Shown: piece after piece, positions 26,178 through 38,783 of the stretch | How positions within the stretch are numbered: position 1 is the stretch's first letter | Layout: every line of letters starts with the position of its first letter | From: Neoconidiobolus thromboides FSU 785 | Lineage: Eukaryota; Fungi; Entomophthoromycota | Direction of reading: 5' to 3' | Assembly: GCA_025603075.1 (NCBI GenBank) | Contig: MU626272.1 | Location: forward strand, 124,001-188,000 | Length of the DNA stretch: 64,000 nucleotides | The notes under the pieces: generated by a model | Database searches by the model: none | Told to the model about the DNA's origin: nothing | What the model saw: the letters and a program-made list of their open reading frames with translations, nothing else | Made by a program: the position numbers and the translations under genes

Positions 26178-27829
26178 TTATTTAGGCAAACGTCTTAAAA
26201 GATGAACCAAGTATAAATTAGAAGATAACAAAGCTAATGAACCCGATTGATGAGCAGCAGCTAAAGGAACAGGTACCAAATATAATAAAGTACTGATGCC
26301 TAAACTAACTTGTAATAAACTAATTGCCATCATAGCATTAACAGCCATTCTAGTTCTTGGTGGTAATATCAATTTACGTGAATGAATATATAAAGCTAAT
26401 ATAGTACTAAAAGTTGTAGTTGCCTAAGACAATAAAAAACGTCCATTAATAAAATAATTCCAACTAACTTAACTATTCACAAGTAACTTACCAATAATCT
26501 ATGATTGAACTGTACTGTAGTTGGATTATCAAAGATATTACGCCACATACCATCTGGATTACTACCATTAGGTAATACTTCTAAGTTTTTACTATTGGAG
26601 TATAGTGGAGACCACATTTCATCAGAAGGTGGGATAATACTATCTCCCATATAGGGGAAGGAATTGTAAATCATACCGGCATCTAAACCAGCTACAAAGG
26701 CACCTATTTAGGAGTTTAAGTTGATTTATTTTGATATTGATTGAAATATTATAAGTAGGCTAAATTACCTGATAAAGCAGTTAAAGAAACCAAACTAAGG
26801 GTAATCAAACTAAATGAACGAAAGCGTTGTAATTTAGGATCTAATAAAGGGTCTAAAAATCTCTATGAAAAATAAAGTAAAATAAATAAAAAACATACAA
26901 AAATGATAAGTTAGCTTACTTTTTGTTGTTTTAAATTAAACTTATTATCTTTTAAGATTTCTAGTCCAGTAACTAAAAATCCTGAAAACAATAGAAAGGC
27001 AGCTCCTAAATGAGAAGCTAAACGATATTGACTAACTCTTGGTACTGCATTAGGATCTTTCATTAATTCTTCACTTAACCCAGATTTCACCATATACCAA
27101 CCTAAGGCACCCTATAAGAATAGCATTAATATTGATATTAACTACGTTTAATAAATCAAGTATTACTTGAAACCCAATTAAAGCACCTAAAGTTAAACAC
27201 CTCTTTGCCATTTGTTTTGTCATCATCTTTTTTTTATAAAAAATAATAGCAGGTACAATAAAAGCAATGCCAATAGCTCTACCCCAAACTCTATGTAACC
27301 ATTCCATAAAAAAGATGAATTTAAACTCTTCAATATCCATAAATTGATTTAATTTTTTAAATTCAGGATATTGTTTATATTTTTCGAACTCAGCTTCCCA
27401 TTCTTGAGGATTCATGGGAGGTTTGATCCCTTTTATCAAATTCCATTCAACTATAGATAATCCGCTTTCAGTTAATCGAGTGAGACCACCAATAACTACA
27501 ATACCAACTACAAGACCACCCATGAATAACATCCAATAGCCTACTTTTTTGTGATTATATTCAACTTCTAATACTTTAGAGTTGATCTTTGAATTACTTT
27601 GGGTTTTATCAATACTATTTAATTCATTTTGAGTAGTTGTATCTATGGTAGTTAACATGCGAGATGATATTAAACGGTGAATGTTTTTAGATTTAAAAGT
27701 AGTAGTTGTAGTAGTTGCTTTGATAGTACTTAATAGTTTAATATTATTAGCGTTACTGTGAGAAATTGGATTTAATCTCAATTTTAATGTGGTTGGCACC
27801 AGTCTACTTTTTATTGCTTTGAATAACAT
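26178..27829 (-). CDS. COX15: Heme A synthase COX15 (multi-exon)
   Basis: [74 protein letters not shown]. Confidence 0.96.
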
Positions 27830-28130
27830 TTTTTGATTTTTTGATTTTTAAAAAAAAGATGAAGTTTGATATTTTTTGATTTTTTGGGTTTTTGGTTTGA
27901 TTCAATCTTTCGATCTTTTAAATTCATCTAATCTGCCAAAGATCTTAACTATTATTTGTGGACTAAGTTTTATATTCTTTTCAAATTATCTTTTGTAGAA
28001 AAAGAGTTATTCTATTTTTTATACATGTAAAGTTTAATTTTATTTGTTTATTAGTTGCTATGTTTTAGAAATATGTAGCATAACAAACAAACAAACAATA
28101 TATTAAAATTTGTAATGTTTGTTTTAAAGA

Positions 28131-30040
28131 TTATATAAAACTCTTTTTTTTCTTAGTGAAAATATTAACAAGTATTATTGATTGCAATATCAAACTTATT
28201 TTATGATTAGAATGAAAAGTGATTTCGTAGTCAAAACAACTTACTACTGCAATCGATATCATTATAGGTATTCTACTTAACTGGTAGAGCAGTGATTTAT
28301 CAATTTTCGAAAAGGATCTAAGTCTAAATAGAGATTTAATTCTTTTCAACTTTTTGCAATTTTAGTCTTGATATGAATAAGGTATTCAAACTTGAGAACC
28401 TTGTAAAGATTGTAGTTGAAGACATTATATCATTCAAATAAGATGAAGTCAATTTATTAATATGTTGTAAACAATTGAATAAAACAATGTTACTGAGATT
28501 AGGGGAAGGCATATCACCAGAGCACAATGATAAATATAGAGTAGAGGCAATTGAAGACTCAAAAATATGAATATCATATTAAGCTTTTACGCTTTAAAAT
28601 ATATGATGTCTTTCCAACTCAATCTTCAATGTATCCAAATAGTACAAAATTGTATACCCATTTAGACAACTATTTGACTGAAAGAGACAAGTCAAAAATA
28701 TTCCATTGATGGGTGTTCATTATACCAATAATATCAATTGTTAACTAATTGAAGAATGTGTAGTTAGAAAAGAACTTTGTATTAAAAAAGTACTGCAACA
28801 TTAAAGACATTCGGAAATATAGAACCTAAACAAATATTCTAAAATAGCAATTACAACAGTACCACCTCGGACCATAAGTTATTTAGCAATTAGATTTAGA
28901 TGTAAAAGTGAAGTGCCTTGTTTTCAAAATCCGTGGAATAAACTTAATAATTTAAAGGTTTCTTAAGCAACATTCTTTTACTTAGGGTGTCTCAATAATA
29001 TGTTAAATATACAATTTTCTCAATTAAAAAATTGGATATGAAACATATAAAAATTAGAAATATTGAATATATATATATAAATTTCAACAATTATCCAAAG
29101 CATGGAATATTTTATTATAATGGTTATCATAAATAACACTCAAAGGAGTATCAACTTTAAAAGAACTCTCTTTGCATCATTTCGATCCATCTAAAGTAAT
29201 TATGAACAACCAAACATTTACAAAATCAAATCAATTAAGTTTAAAATATTATATCAGGTTTTCTTTTAAACTTTCTTATTCAATATTTAGTACATCAGCA
29301 ATAACATATCTAAGTATGGTTATGAATGATAATACAATATTCTTGATTAAGAATGTTTATCCCCAAAAGAGTAATAATATAATAACTTTAAAGATTCATT
29401 ATCCTGCTTTAGGAGTCGGTTTTTAAATTTTATATATACTTCATGTCCAAACTTATATAGACTTTATATATACAAAGTTGCAATTTTACTGACGATTCAT
29501 TATTTGTGAGTAGCAGAAAGAAATGTACAATAAATCATGATCTAATAAATATAGAATTTAATGATGATTTTACTTCCAATTCTAATGTCTTTATAGATTA
29601 TGTTTTAACCTGTTATAAAAACATAAAATCGTTCTATACTATAAATTACAGTGATAGTTTAGCAGAATATATAAAGATAACTCAATTTTCTGCAATAGAT
29701 GAATTCATATCACATTTAATTATATACGGCCTGGTTTCTATATAAACTGACAGCTCAATATTAGTTTTTCATATTTATACTACAAGTACTCATTATTTGT
29801 TAGAACTGGAACTACCAGCTTTTCATTTTTTCTGATTGAAAAAATCTATCTATGCTGAATTGAAAATACTTAGGTATTTTACTTGAATAAATACAAATCT
29901 TAGGTCTTTTGATTAAGACATATGGTATTATACATAGTTTTATTTTGGATATGTTTTTCTCAATTATGAATCTAAGGCATTGAAATTCTAGCTTAAAAAA
30001 CAATAAAGTAAAAAAGTATTACAAGGTTTTTGTTCAACAT
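28131..30040. pseudogene. Patch of fragmented lineage-specific ORFs on both strands (LRR-like relics)
   Basis: Five short protein-like ORFs. On the minus strand an ATG at about 30040 gives a signal-like MLNKNLVILFYFIVF that is out of frame with ORF 29812-30003 by one T in a poly-T run. No family confirmed. Confidence 0.25.
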
Positions 30041-30915
30041 TAAATTTTGTTATTAATGTTATTAAAAGTAAGTAGATTAATGTATAAATAGCATAATTTG
30101 TTTTTTCAATCATTTTTCTATTTTTAAGCTTAAAGTTAAAAGTTATGAAATATAAGTTTACATACTTTTATAATAGTAGTATATATATCTATTATACAAT
30201 GAAAGTATTTGAACATAAATTCCAACCTTTAAACTATTTTTTGAAGGAATATATACATTAAAAAAACGTAACTTTTGTGATATAACCTTTTAAAGTAACT
30301 AGAGTTCGATTTTGCAGAATCCCACTCAAAGCTATCCCCTAAAATTTAAATTTGTTTTGTAGTTATTTAATTGGTCATAATTCTTTCCTGCTGAATACTA
30401 AAAGGGTTTAAGATTGTTTTTCTATTTCTTTGACTACAAAATCGATCTTAGTTTGAGAAGCTAAAAGGAAATAATATTTGAGTAATTATATTCTATTTTT
30501 TAATCGCTTCAATGAGAAAACAGCAATCATGACTCGTTTACTTCATAGTTAACAATAATGATTTTTACAAATAATTTAATAATTTATTATTAATTCAAGT
30601 ATTACTTCGATACTTAATTACAATGATGAAATAAAAATAGATCAGGTACTGATGAGACTTAAGTTTATTGTTTAACCTCGCTATTACTTGAGTAAGGCGG
30701 TTGTTTTCCTTTTATAATCACTTATGTCAGCTATGGACGACGGTTTTTATAAATAAGCAATGAATTAACCTATTTTCTGAGTAATTATGTTTTTTGATAC
30801 TTAATTAACAATATTTTTGTTTATTCTAATTTCCATTTAATAAAAAAAAACTACATAATTTCGATCCTTTTAACATTTCTATTTATAACTTATTAAACCT
30901 CATATTGGTAACAAA

Positions 30916-31012
30916 GAAGATGTATTTCTGTGTTTAAGAATTTTACTATAAGTTTTTTCGTTCAGATAGCGCTTGAAAGGTGGAAAAAGTGATGGAGTCA
31001 AAAAACATCACC
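30916..31012 (+). mobile_element. MITE family A copy 7 (left end decayed)
   Basis: GAAGATGTATTTCTGTGTTTAAGAATTTTACT...AGCGCT...CATCACC then ATAT; left flank does not match. Confidence 0.82.
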
Positions 31013-31253
31013 ATATTATATTTAAATAGCTAAATCTATTATATTCAGCAAAAAATAAAGAATTTTTTACTGACAACTATTTGCGTCTTAATCAAGCAGA
31101 TTAAGAGAGAGGGCATTTCAAAGGTGAATTTTAACTAAAGAGATAAAAGTTTGACAATCACTTAATCATATAGTAATAGTTTTTCAAAAATAATTATCAG
31201 TTGATGAAGCAAAAATAACAATAAAATTAACAACCGTTTAATGTATATTCAAC

Positions 31254-34200
31254 TTAAACTTTAACAAGATAAAGCATAAACGTCGAGCCATTAACCTCTT
31301 GTTGTTCTTCTATAATGACTTTATCAGCGCTACCAACCTTAGTATTAGATAATTCCCTTTTTAATGTCTTTTTGAGCATTTCTTTTTGGCTATTAATAAC
31401 TTTTTCTAGCTCAATTGGATCATTGATGAAGCTATAATGATATAGCACATCATCGCTTGGTTGTAAATTAGCTTTCTTACGTAAACGTTGTACACGATTA
31501 ATAACTTCTCTAGCTAAACCTTCTTCTTGTAATTCAGGATAAACTTGAACATCCAATAAAATAAGGATATCACGATCTGAGTTTGGTAATAAAGTGGAGG
31601 CTGTGGCTTCTTCAACAAATCGAACAACCTAGATAATTTAAGCAAACTAAAATTGTACAATAAAAAATCCGCTTTACCTGTAAATCACTTTCTCCTAATA
31701 CAATACCATTGATATCAATATTCTTATCTTCAAGGAATTTCTTAACTTGATCACTAGTAAGTTCAGCTAACCCCTTCTTAACTTTAGGAAGATCTTTCTT
31801 CAATCTTGAACCTAAGACCTTGAAATCGGCTTCAGCACGATATTTGACACCATATTTAGCCTCATCTTCTGTAATAATGATGTTACGAATATTTAATTCC
31901 TAAAGATGTATTAGTATATACTTCGCTGATTAATCTTGAATTGAAGCTTACCTCTTGAATATAGTTTTGAAGAGATTTAACATCCTCTCTGAATATAGGA
32001 TCTGAGTGAATGATGACTAATTCCTTAAGTGGGGTTTTGAGGTTAAGTGCTTTACGTTCACGAACAACACGACCCAATTCAATTACGCTTTGCATTCTTC
32101 CGACAGCCCTTTCAATCTCTGGGTTATTGTATTCATCTCTAACTTCTGGGAAAGACAAGAAATGAATAGATCTACGATCAGTAGTATCATTTTCACCAAT
32201 TACCATGAATGGTTGAAGGGCCAAGTACATGGTTTCGGTTAAGAATGGAGTGAATGGAGCCATAGTACGGCATAATGTAAAGAGCGTTTCAAACAAAGTA
32301 TTAAGAGCCTGTAAACAATCTTCACGTCCATACTCACCCTTAAGACGCTTACGGTTGAATCTGATATACCAATTAGTCAACTCATCAATAAGAGCTAAAA
32401 GACGAGGTACAACTGTATACAAACGATAATTGCTCATTTCTTGAGAAACGAAAGCAATAAGAGACTGACAGGAAGCAAGTATCCATTTGTCCATAGTATT
32501 TGTGGTAGGGTTGATTTGAGTGGCATCATATTTAAAGTCAACGTTAAATTCTTTCTTTAATAATTTAACTTGGTTAATGAAGAATCGATGGGAGTTAAGC
32601 CATGGTAAGAATACACGTGAAATAACTTCTTTAACGCCGTGTTCTTTAAATCTCAAAGGTTCAGCACGCACAACGGGTGAGTTGATTAAATAAAGGCGTA
32701 AAGCATCTGCACCATAGTTATTTAAGATATGGTTAGGATCTGGGTAATTTTTAAGACGTTTTGACATTTTTTTACCATCCCTAACATAGAAATTAATGAT
32801 ATTAATTATAGTTGATCGTAACAAAAAAACTTACTCGGCTAACACCAATCCATTAACAATTAAGTTTTTAAATGGAGGTTGATCAAATAATTGAGTAGAT
32901 AAAACAAGTAAGGTATAAAACCAACCACGAGTTTGATCCAAACCTTCAGCAATGAAATCAGCTGGGAAAGATTTCTCAAACTTCTCTTTATTTTCAAATG
33001 GATAATGTTGCTGGGCATAAGGCATACTTCCAGATTCAAACCAACAATCAAACACTTCCTCTACTCTTCTAAGGATACCTTTACCTTGTTTAGATGGAAT
33101 AGTAATATGGTCGATCCTAATTTGTGTTAATTATTGTTTGGATAGTTTATAAATATCTTACTTATGCTTATGAATATCAGTAATTCCTTTAACTCCTGAC
33201 AATTCTTCAAGCTCAGCAACTGAACCAACGCACACAACCTCTTCAAAGTCTTCAGATACCCATAATGGTAATGGTGTACCCCAATATCTATTACGAGATA
33301 CATTCCAATCACGTGCACTGGCTAACCAATTGGCAAAACGTTTTTCCTGTACAAAATCAGGTACCCAACGGGATTTACCATTATTTTTTAACAAATTATC
33401 TACTATATTAGTAACTCTAATGAACCAAGATGGAATAGCACGGTACATTAAAGGAGTGTCTGATCTAATAATAATGTCAGCTAATTTGAGAGTATAATAA
33501 TAGGAGCTTACCTCCAACAGAATGGATATGAATGGGAAAATTGAGTTTGTTTTACCATTCTACCATTTTCTTTAATTCTTTTAGAAATCTCTTTATCAGC
33601 ATCCTTAAAATATACACCAACAAAGTCCTTAACTGGCATAGTAAATTTACCACTTTCATCAACTGGACATGGTAACTCAGAATCTGGTCTAGTAACTCCA
33701 TGACTTAGACATACTCTGTTATCATCTTCACCAAAAGCAGGAGCTTGATGTACAATACCAGTACCGGAATCATCAGTAACGTAGGTATCTGAAAGAATTC
33801 TAAAACCAGTTTCTTTATACTCTTCATAGAAATAATTGAATAAAGGCTCATATTTAAGTCCAACGAGTTCACTTCCCTTATATTTTTGCAAAACTTCGAA
33901 CTTGGCTTTTTTAACATCTTTGTATAAGATGCCTAACTGTTTTTCCAATATGATATAAATCTTTCCGCTTTCAGTATCTTTAATTTTAACATAATCAAAT
34001 TCAGGATGAACACATAAAGCTACATTGGATGGTAAGGTCCAAGGAGTGGTGGTCCAAGCTAAAACATGTACTTCTGGTTCAGATACTAAAGGAAATGAAA
34101 CAACAATGGAAGGATCAATTACATCTTTATATGCTTGAGTAGCTTCAAAGTTGGATAATGGAGTAGTACAAGCAGTGGAGTAAGGCATAACCTTGTAACC

Positions 34201-34869
34201 CTTATAAACTTGACCTTTATTAAACAACTGTTTAAATACCCACCAGATAGATTCCATAAAGTTGACATCCATAGTACGATAACCATTCTCAAAGTCAATC
34301 CAACGACCACATCTTTCTACTGTGGCTTCCCATTCTTTAGAATATCTTAAAACAATGCTACGACATTCTTCATTATATTTATCAATACCCATTTTAAGGA
34401 TATCATCTTTTCCCTATTTTTTAAAATTTAGATAAGAATAAAACTTTTAGAAACATTATTTACAGTAATTCCTAATTTTTTATCAATTTCGAATTCAATA
34501 GGTAAACCGTGACAATCAAAACCGAATCTTCTTTCTACGTAGTGACCAGTTAATGAGGCATATCTGGTAACAATATCCTAAAAAAATTAGTAAAAATCCA
34601 TTTCCACTGTTTAATTTTATCTTACTTTAATAGTCCCTGCTAAGAGATGACCATAATGGGGTAATCCGGTAGCAAAAGGTGGTCCATCATAAAACGAATA
34701 GACTGGCTTACCCTCAGCAAGTTTTAAAGAGGTTTTGAAAGCATCAATAGACTTCCAATAAGCTAAGATCTTTTCTTCTTCCAAAGGGAAGCTAAATTGG
34801 CTTGGTACTGATAAAAAAATGAATATAAATATTTTAGGGGTAAATAAATGTTTTACCTTCGTCAGACAT
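31254..34869 (-). CDS. ILS1: Cytosolic isoleucyl-tRNA synthetase (multi-exon)
   Basis: [16 protein letters not shown] (HIGH motif), [55 protein letters not shown] (KMSKS motif). Confidence 0.98.
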
Positions 34870-36220
34870 AGTGAATGATGAAATTTAAAGCTAAAAGTGA
34901 GGAGTAGTTAGCAAAATTACTACTACTATGTTATATGTTAGCAAATACCTATATTTAAATTGCAAAAAATTTAATTCAAAATAAATATTTGACTTATATT
35001 CGGTTATTTATATATTTTCACAAAATGTTCATTTAACTCGAAAATTAAACTCAATTGGCTCCAACTAAAATAAAGTTTCTCTTCTTAGCCAATTATCCGC
35101 AGCGTTCAAAATTTTTGAGAATTTTAAGGCAAAGTTGGATGAGTCATAAAATTTATTTACCCTTTGACAGTTTTTATGTTTTTGTTAGACTTATATTGAG
35201 CTTGGTGCATCAACGTTAAAAGAGCAGCAATCATGAGTCAGACTTAGTTTGATGCCAAGTATAATTATCGTAGGAATTACAGGAAGAAGAAGAATAAACA
35301 GGAAGATATAAAAAATGGAAATATATAATTATAATTAAATAAGGCAAAGATATCGACATATAAGTTAAGTATTGATTAGCTTGAAATATGAGATTTAAAT
35401 CAATATTTTACTTAGTAAAAGTCTAGAGATAAAGTGTATATTCGACTAAAGTCTAAATGAAATTCTTTAAAATTGGTGTTATTATTTTACTTTAATCTAA
35501 TAGTTTATCAACAAAGTTGTATAATATAAAAACGTTGTACGACAATATTTATTTATGAATAAGATTTAGTAAGCGTAATAAAAACAGAATGATATTAAGT
35601 TTTTCAATAATGTATTATAACCGATGGAAGTATACAATAATTACATTCTTTTACAAACTAGTGCTGACAAACAAAACAATCTGTAAATCCTGGCCCATTT
35701 TATGTATAATCATGTCTCATTTGAATACCAATATGTTTGCAATTTGTTATGAAAAATTGAGTTCACTACATGATGGATTAAGTAACAAAATTATTACGGA
35801 TATAGTAGTTTCGAATCAATTTAAATTAGTACAAATTATAGGCCCCATAATACTATTAATTAGTTTGTTTTTTTGATGGTTTGATAATTTACTACATCAC
35901 TCAAATTCTGAAGATGGTTTAAAGATTCTTTTAGGTTAATAGTAAATCAAAATTGTTAGATTATTGAAGCTTACCTTTGTTAAAAATAAGCTGATAATGA
36001 ATATAGTATAAATTGGTTATTTCTTTTTCTATAAAGTGTTCACTATTTATTAGTTACACCTTATCATATTAACATTTGTCTAAACAGTTTTATACTATTA
36101 ACTATGAGGATTAGCCATGATTTTTAGAACATACTTCAAGAACAATCTATAGTATCTCGCATTCTCCTTTAAAGTCTTTAGTTTTTGGTTTTCTATCTTT
36201 ATTTGAGAAATTCATGATAT

Positions 36221-36315
36221 GGGGATATATTTTTATGTTTGAGAATTTTACTATAAATTTTTTCGTTCAAATAGCGCTAAAAGATAGAAAAAGTAATGGA
36301 GCCAAAAGCATCCTC
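36221..36315 (+). mobile_element. MITE family A copy 8
   Basis: GGGGATAT...CATCCTC; ATAT/ATAT flanks. Confidence 0.9.
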
Positions 36316-37132
36316 ATATATTAAAGATTTGGTCTGAAAATTATATCTCTATTAGCTATTTAATATTATGGTATTAGCTTGATTTATAAATAACTCTGGA
36401 TTAATTTGAACTTTATATAGTACTATAATATAACTCTAATAGACCAAACAATACAACTAGTGTGTTAAAGTTCAAATACAATCTATATTTTTCATTTCCG
36501 TTTTGGCATATATATATCTAAATGTAATAAAGAACTTTAGATTTTTAATAAAAAAACAAAAAAAAATCGAGAATTTATTATTAAAGTTCTACTAGAAATA
36601 TGAAGATTGTTTGGAACTTGACTTCTGCCGCTCGGCCGCTTGGCTGTCAACTAGCAAGAAAAGCTGTGGAATCTTTAGAAAATGGCCTTATTCTCCTATA
36701 CTCATTAGTTGATTTTCTTATTTAAATAAACCACTTGGGTGTTCGCCTTTTCAAGAACTTAAAAAAGTTTTACTAAAACTAACTTTGGTGCAAGTTTCTA
36801 TTGAGATACTTTTAAAGGAAATAGTATAAGTTTTCAAAAATATAAAATAGATTTCTAACTTCTAGTAAAATCTGTACATAATTTTTGAGTGTTTATATTG
36901 ATTTAATAGAATGATCGATACCAAAAATAAAAATGAATTTCCGGGGTTTTTCGCCTCTTTATCTATACCTTCTATGTCTAAAAATTATAATCCTGACCCA
37001 ATCAATCATCTTATCAAATAATACTAAATAACACTCTTCGCAAATAGATCGCTACGCATCCATACCATCATATATTCATTAAACTCTGCTTTTTTCAACA
37101 ATATTTTTATTTGACCAGTATTGTTTTTACCT

Positions 37133-37570
37133 ATATCCCGACAGTCAATAAATACCAATGATGATGCTCCCCTTTACTACAATGAAACCAGCCATTAAAC
37201 CATAGCCATTCCATCATCTTGTATACAAGTATAAGTATACGAAAGTACTCAATATCTAGCTAATGCTACTGATATACCTTAAGTCTATAGTAGCTGCTCG
37301 CATAGTGATGGTCACAAGCTCAAAACCAATTTTGAGTTGGGTGACTTATTATGTGGCACCTTCTTTTTCTGAATCAGGATACTTTACTGCTTATATCTTA
37401 TAGAAGAGAGGTGTGCGAAATGTGAGAAAAGTTTTGATAAGGAAGAAGTAAAAGGAAATAAGAGAAAAAGTTTGAATTAGTGTTTTATATTCAAATGTTT
37501 TTTCGAAGTTATTGTATTTTGCGGGTTGTAATTTTGTTTATGTCCGTTGATAAAGTAGTTGGATTTGTTT
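37133..37570 (+). pseudogene. Tandem pseudogene of the BRI3-like gene at 38244
   Basis: One frame from 37133 reads (ATA)SRQSINTNDDAPLY...VYESTQYLAN...IP*VYSSCSHSDGHKLKTNFELGDLLCGTFFF*IRILYCLYLIEERCAKCEKSFD, colinear with the paralog. The 3' flank is also similar (gaagttattgtattttgcg vs gaaggtattgtattttgcg). Stops at 37196, 37232, 37280 and 37370. Confidence 0.88.
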
Positions 37571-38243
37571 TGTGCTACAATTCAAATTTTATAATAAAAT
37601 ATGATATAAAGTTAATACAATTTTAATTTTTTTATACTATTTTCACTATTTAAGAGTAAAAGAATAGTTTTTACATCCAATATAAAAGTATCCTACAAAA
37701 TGAAGTTGATATTTAAGTTTTTATATTAATATGTTAAATGTGTTGTTTTAAACAAAAATATTGCAAATACTTATTCAGTTTTGTTCAATAAAACATTATA
37801 TGTGTTTAAATTCCAATTTCTTAGAGTATTTCTAAAATATGTATTAGATTATCATTACAATTTTTCCATAAATGTTTACTTTGTCAAAGTTATCCTATAT
37901 TAAAGTATTAATTTGGTGTATGGATCATATTAGTAATGTTTATATTAAATAGCATCTTAGCATAAAATTAATAAATCTAAATAACACAAATTAATATATT
38001 AAATTTAATAATAATAACACGTTTGTCATATCCATCCCAGCATTTATCCAAACCTAATAAAGAATTTGGCACTCTCAAAAGGCCCAAACTTCAACCAATC
38101 AATTCCCTAATTATCAACAAATCAAAAATAAGCCACACTGAGCGTAATCAATACCTCATCCCTAATTCTATTTAAACGTTAAATCGTGCTTTTTCAATTT
38201 CAATCTCAATTTCAGTTAACTTTTAATTTTTATTTATCCATAA

Positions 38244-38549
38244 ATGTCTCAACCAAAGAACACAAATACTCCCATGACTGCACCACCTCCCTACTCAGAA
38301 AATAGGAATCAAGGCACTTCGTCTTCAGCGCCTCGTATGCATGCACAAACTTATGGAAGCACCCAACAACCAGCTAACGTTATCTATATACCTCAAGGTA
38401 GTTGCTCTCGTGGTGGCGATCACGCGTTCACAACTGAGTTTACCTTAGGGGGATTATTATGTGCTTTGTTCTTTTTTCCAATTGGTATACTTTGTTGTTT
38501 GTGTCTCACGGAAAAGAGATGTGTAAAATGCGGAGGAAGATTTGATTAA
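38244..38549 (+). CDS. Brain protein I3 (BRI3)-like small Cys-rich membrane protein
   Basis: APPPY motif, C...H...EFTLGGLLCALFFFPIGILCCLCLTEKRCVKCG signature. Confidence 0.85.
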   Translation: MSQPKNTNTPMTAPPPYSENRNQGTSSSAPRMHAQTYGSTQQPANVIYIPQGSCSRGGDHAFTTEFTLGGLLCALFFFPIGILCCLCLTEKRCVKCGGRFD

Positions 38550-38783
38550 GCGGTAAGAGATAACAGAAAAGGTCGAGTTTTATCGATTTAACTTTTATTT
38601 ATACTCAAAAAGGTTTTGAAGGTATTGTATTTTGCGAGATGTAATTTTTTGTTTATATCATAAATAAATATTCAATTTGTTTTATCAGGTTCTTATAGAG
38701 TTTTAATTTATTATACAGTTTTGTAAGTTTGACTAAAATTCTATACAAATTAGTAAAATTAATTTTTAATTAAATAAAAATAT

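Noticed and set aside
30296-30340. GTTCGA T-loop-like motifs (also near 14333 and 58533) as tRNA genes
   Set aside because: No cloverleaf stems or D-loop box around them.
37133-37441. TAA/TAG reassigned to Gln (ciliate-type code), which would make the relic ORFs functional
   Set aside because: Essentially every conserved gene here ends in TAA (UTP5 in TAG) at the expected position and none has in-frame TAA/TAG. The relic also lost its ATG and carries a TGA.
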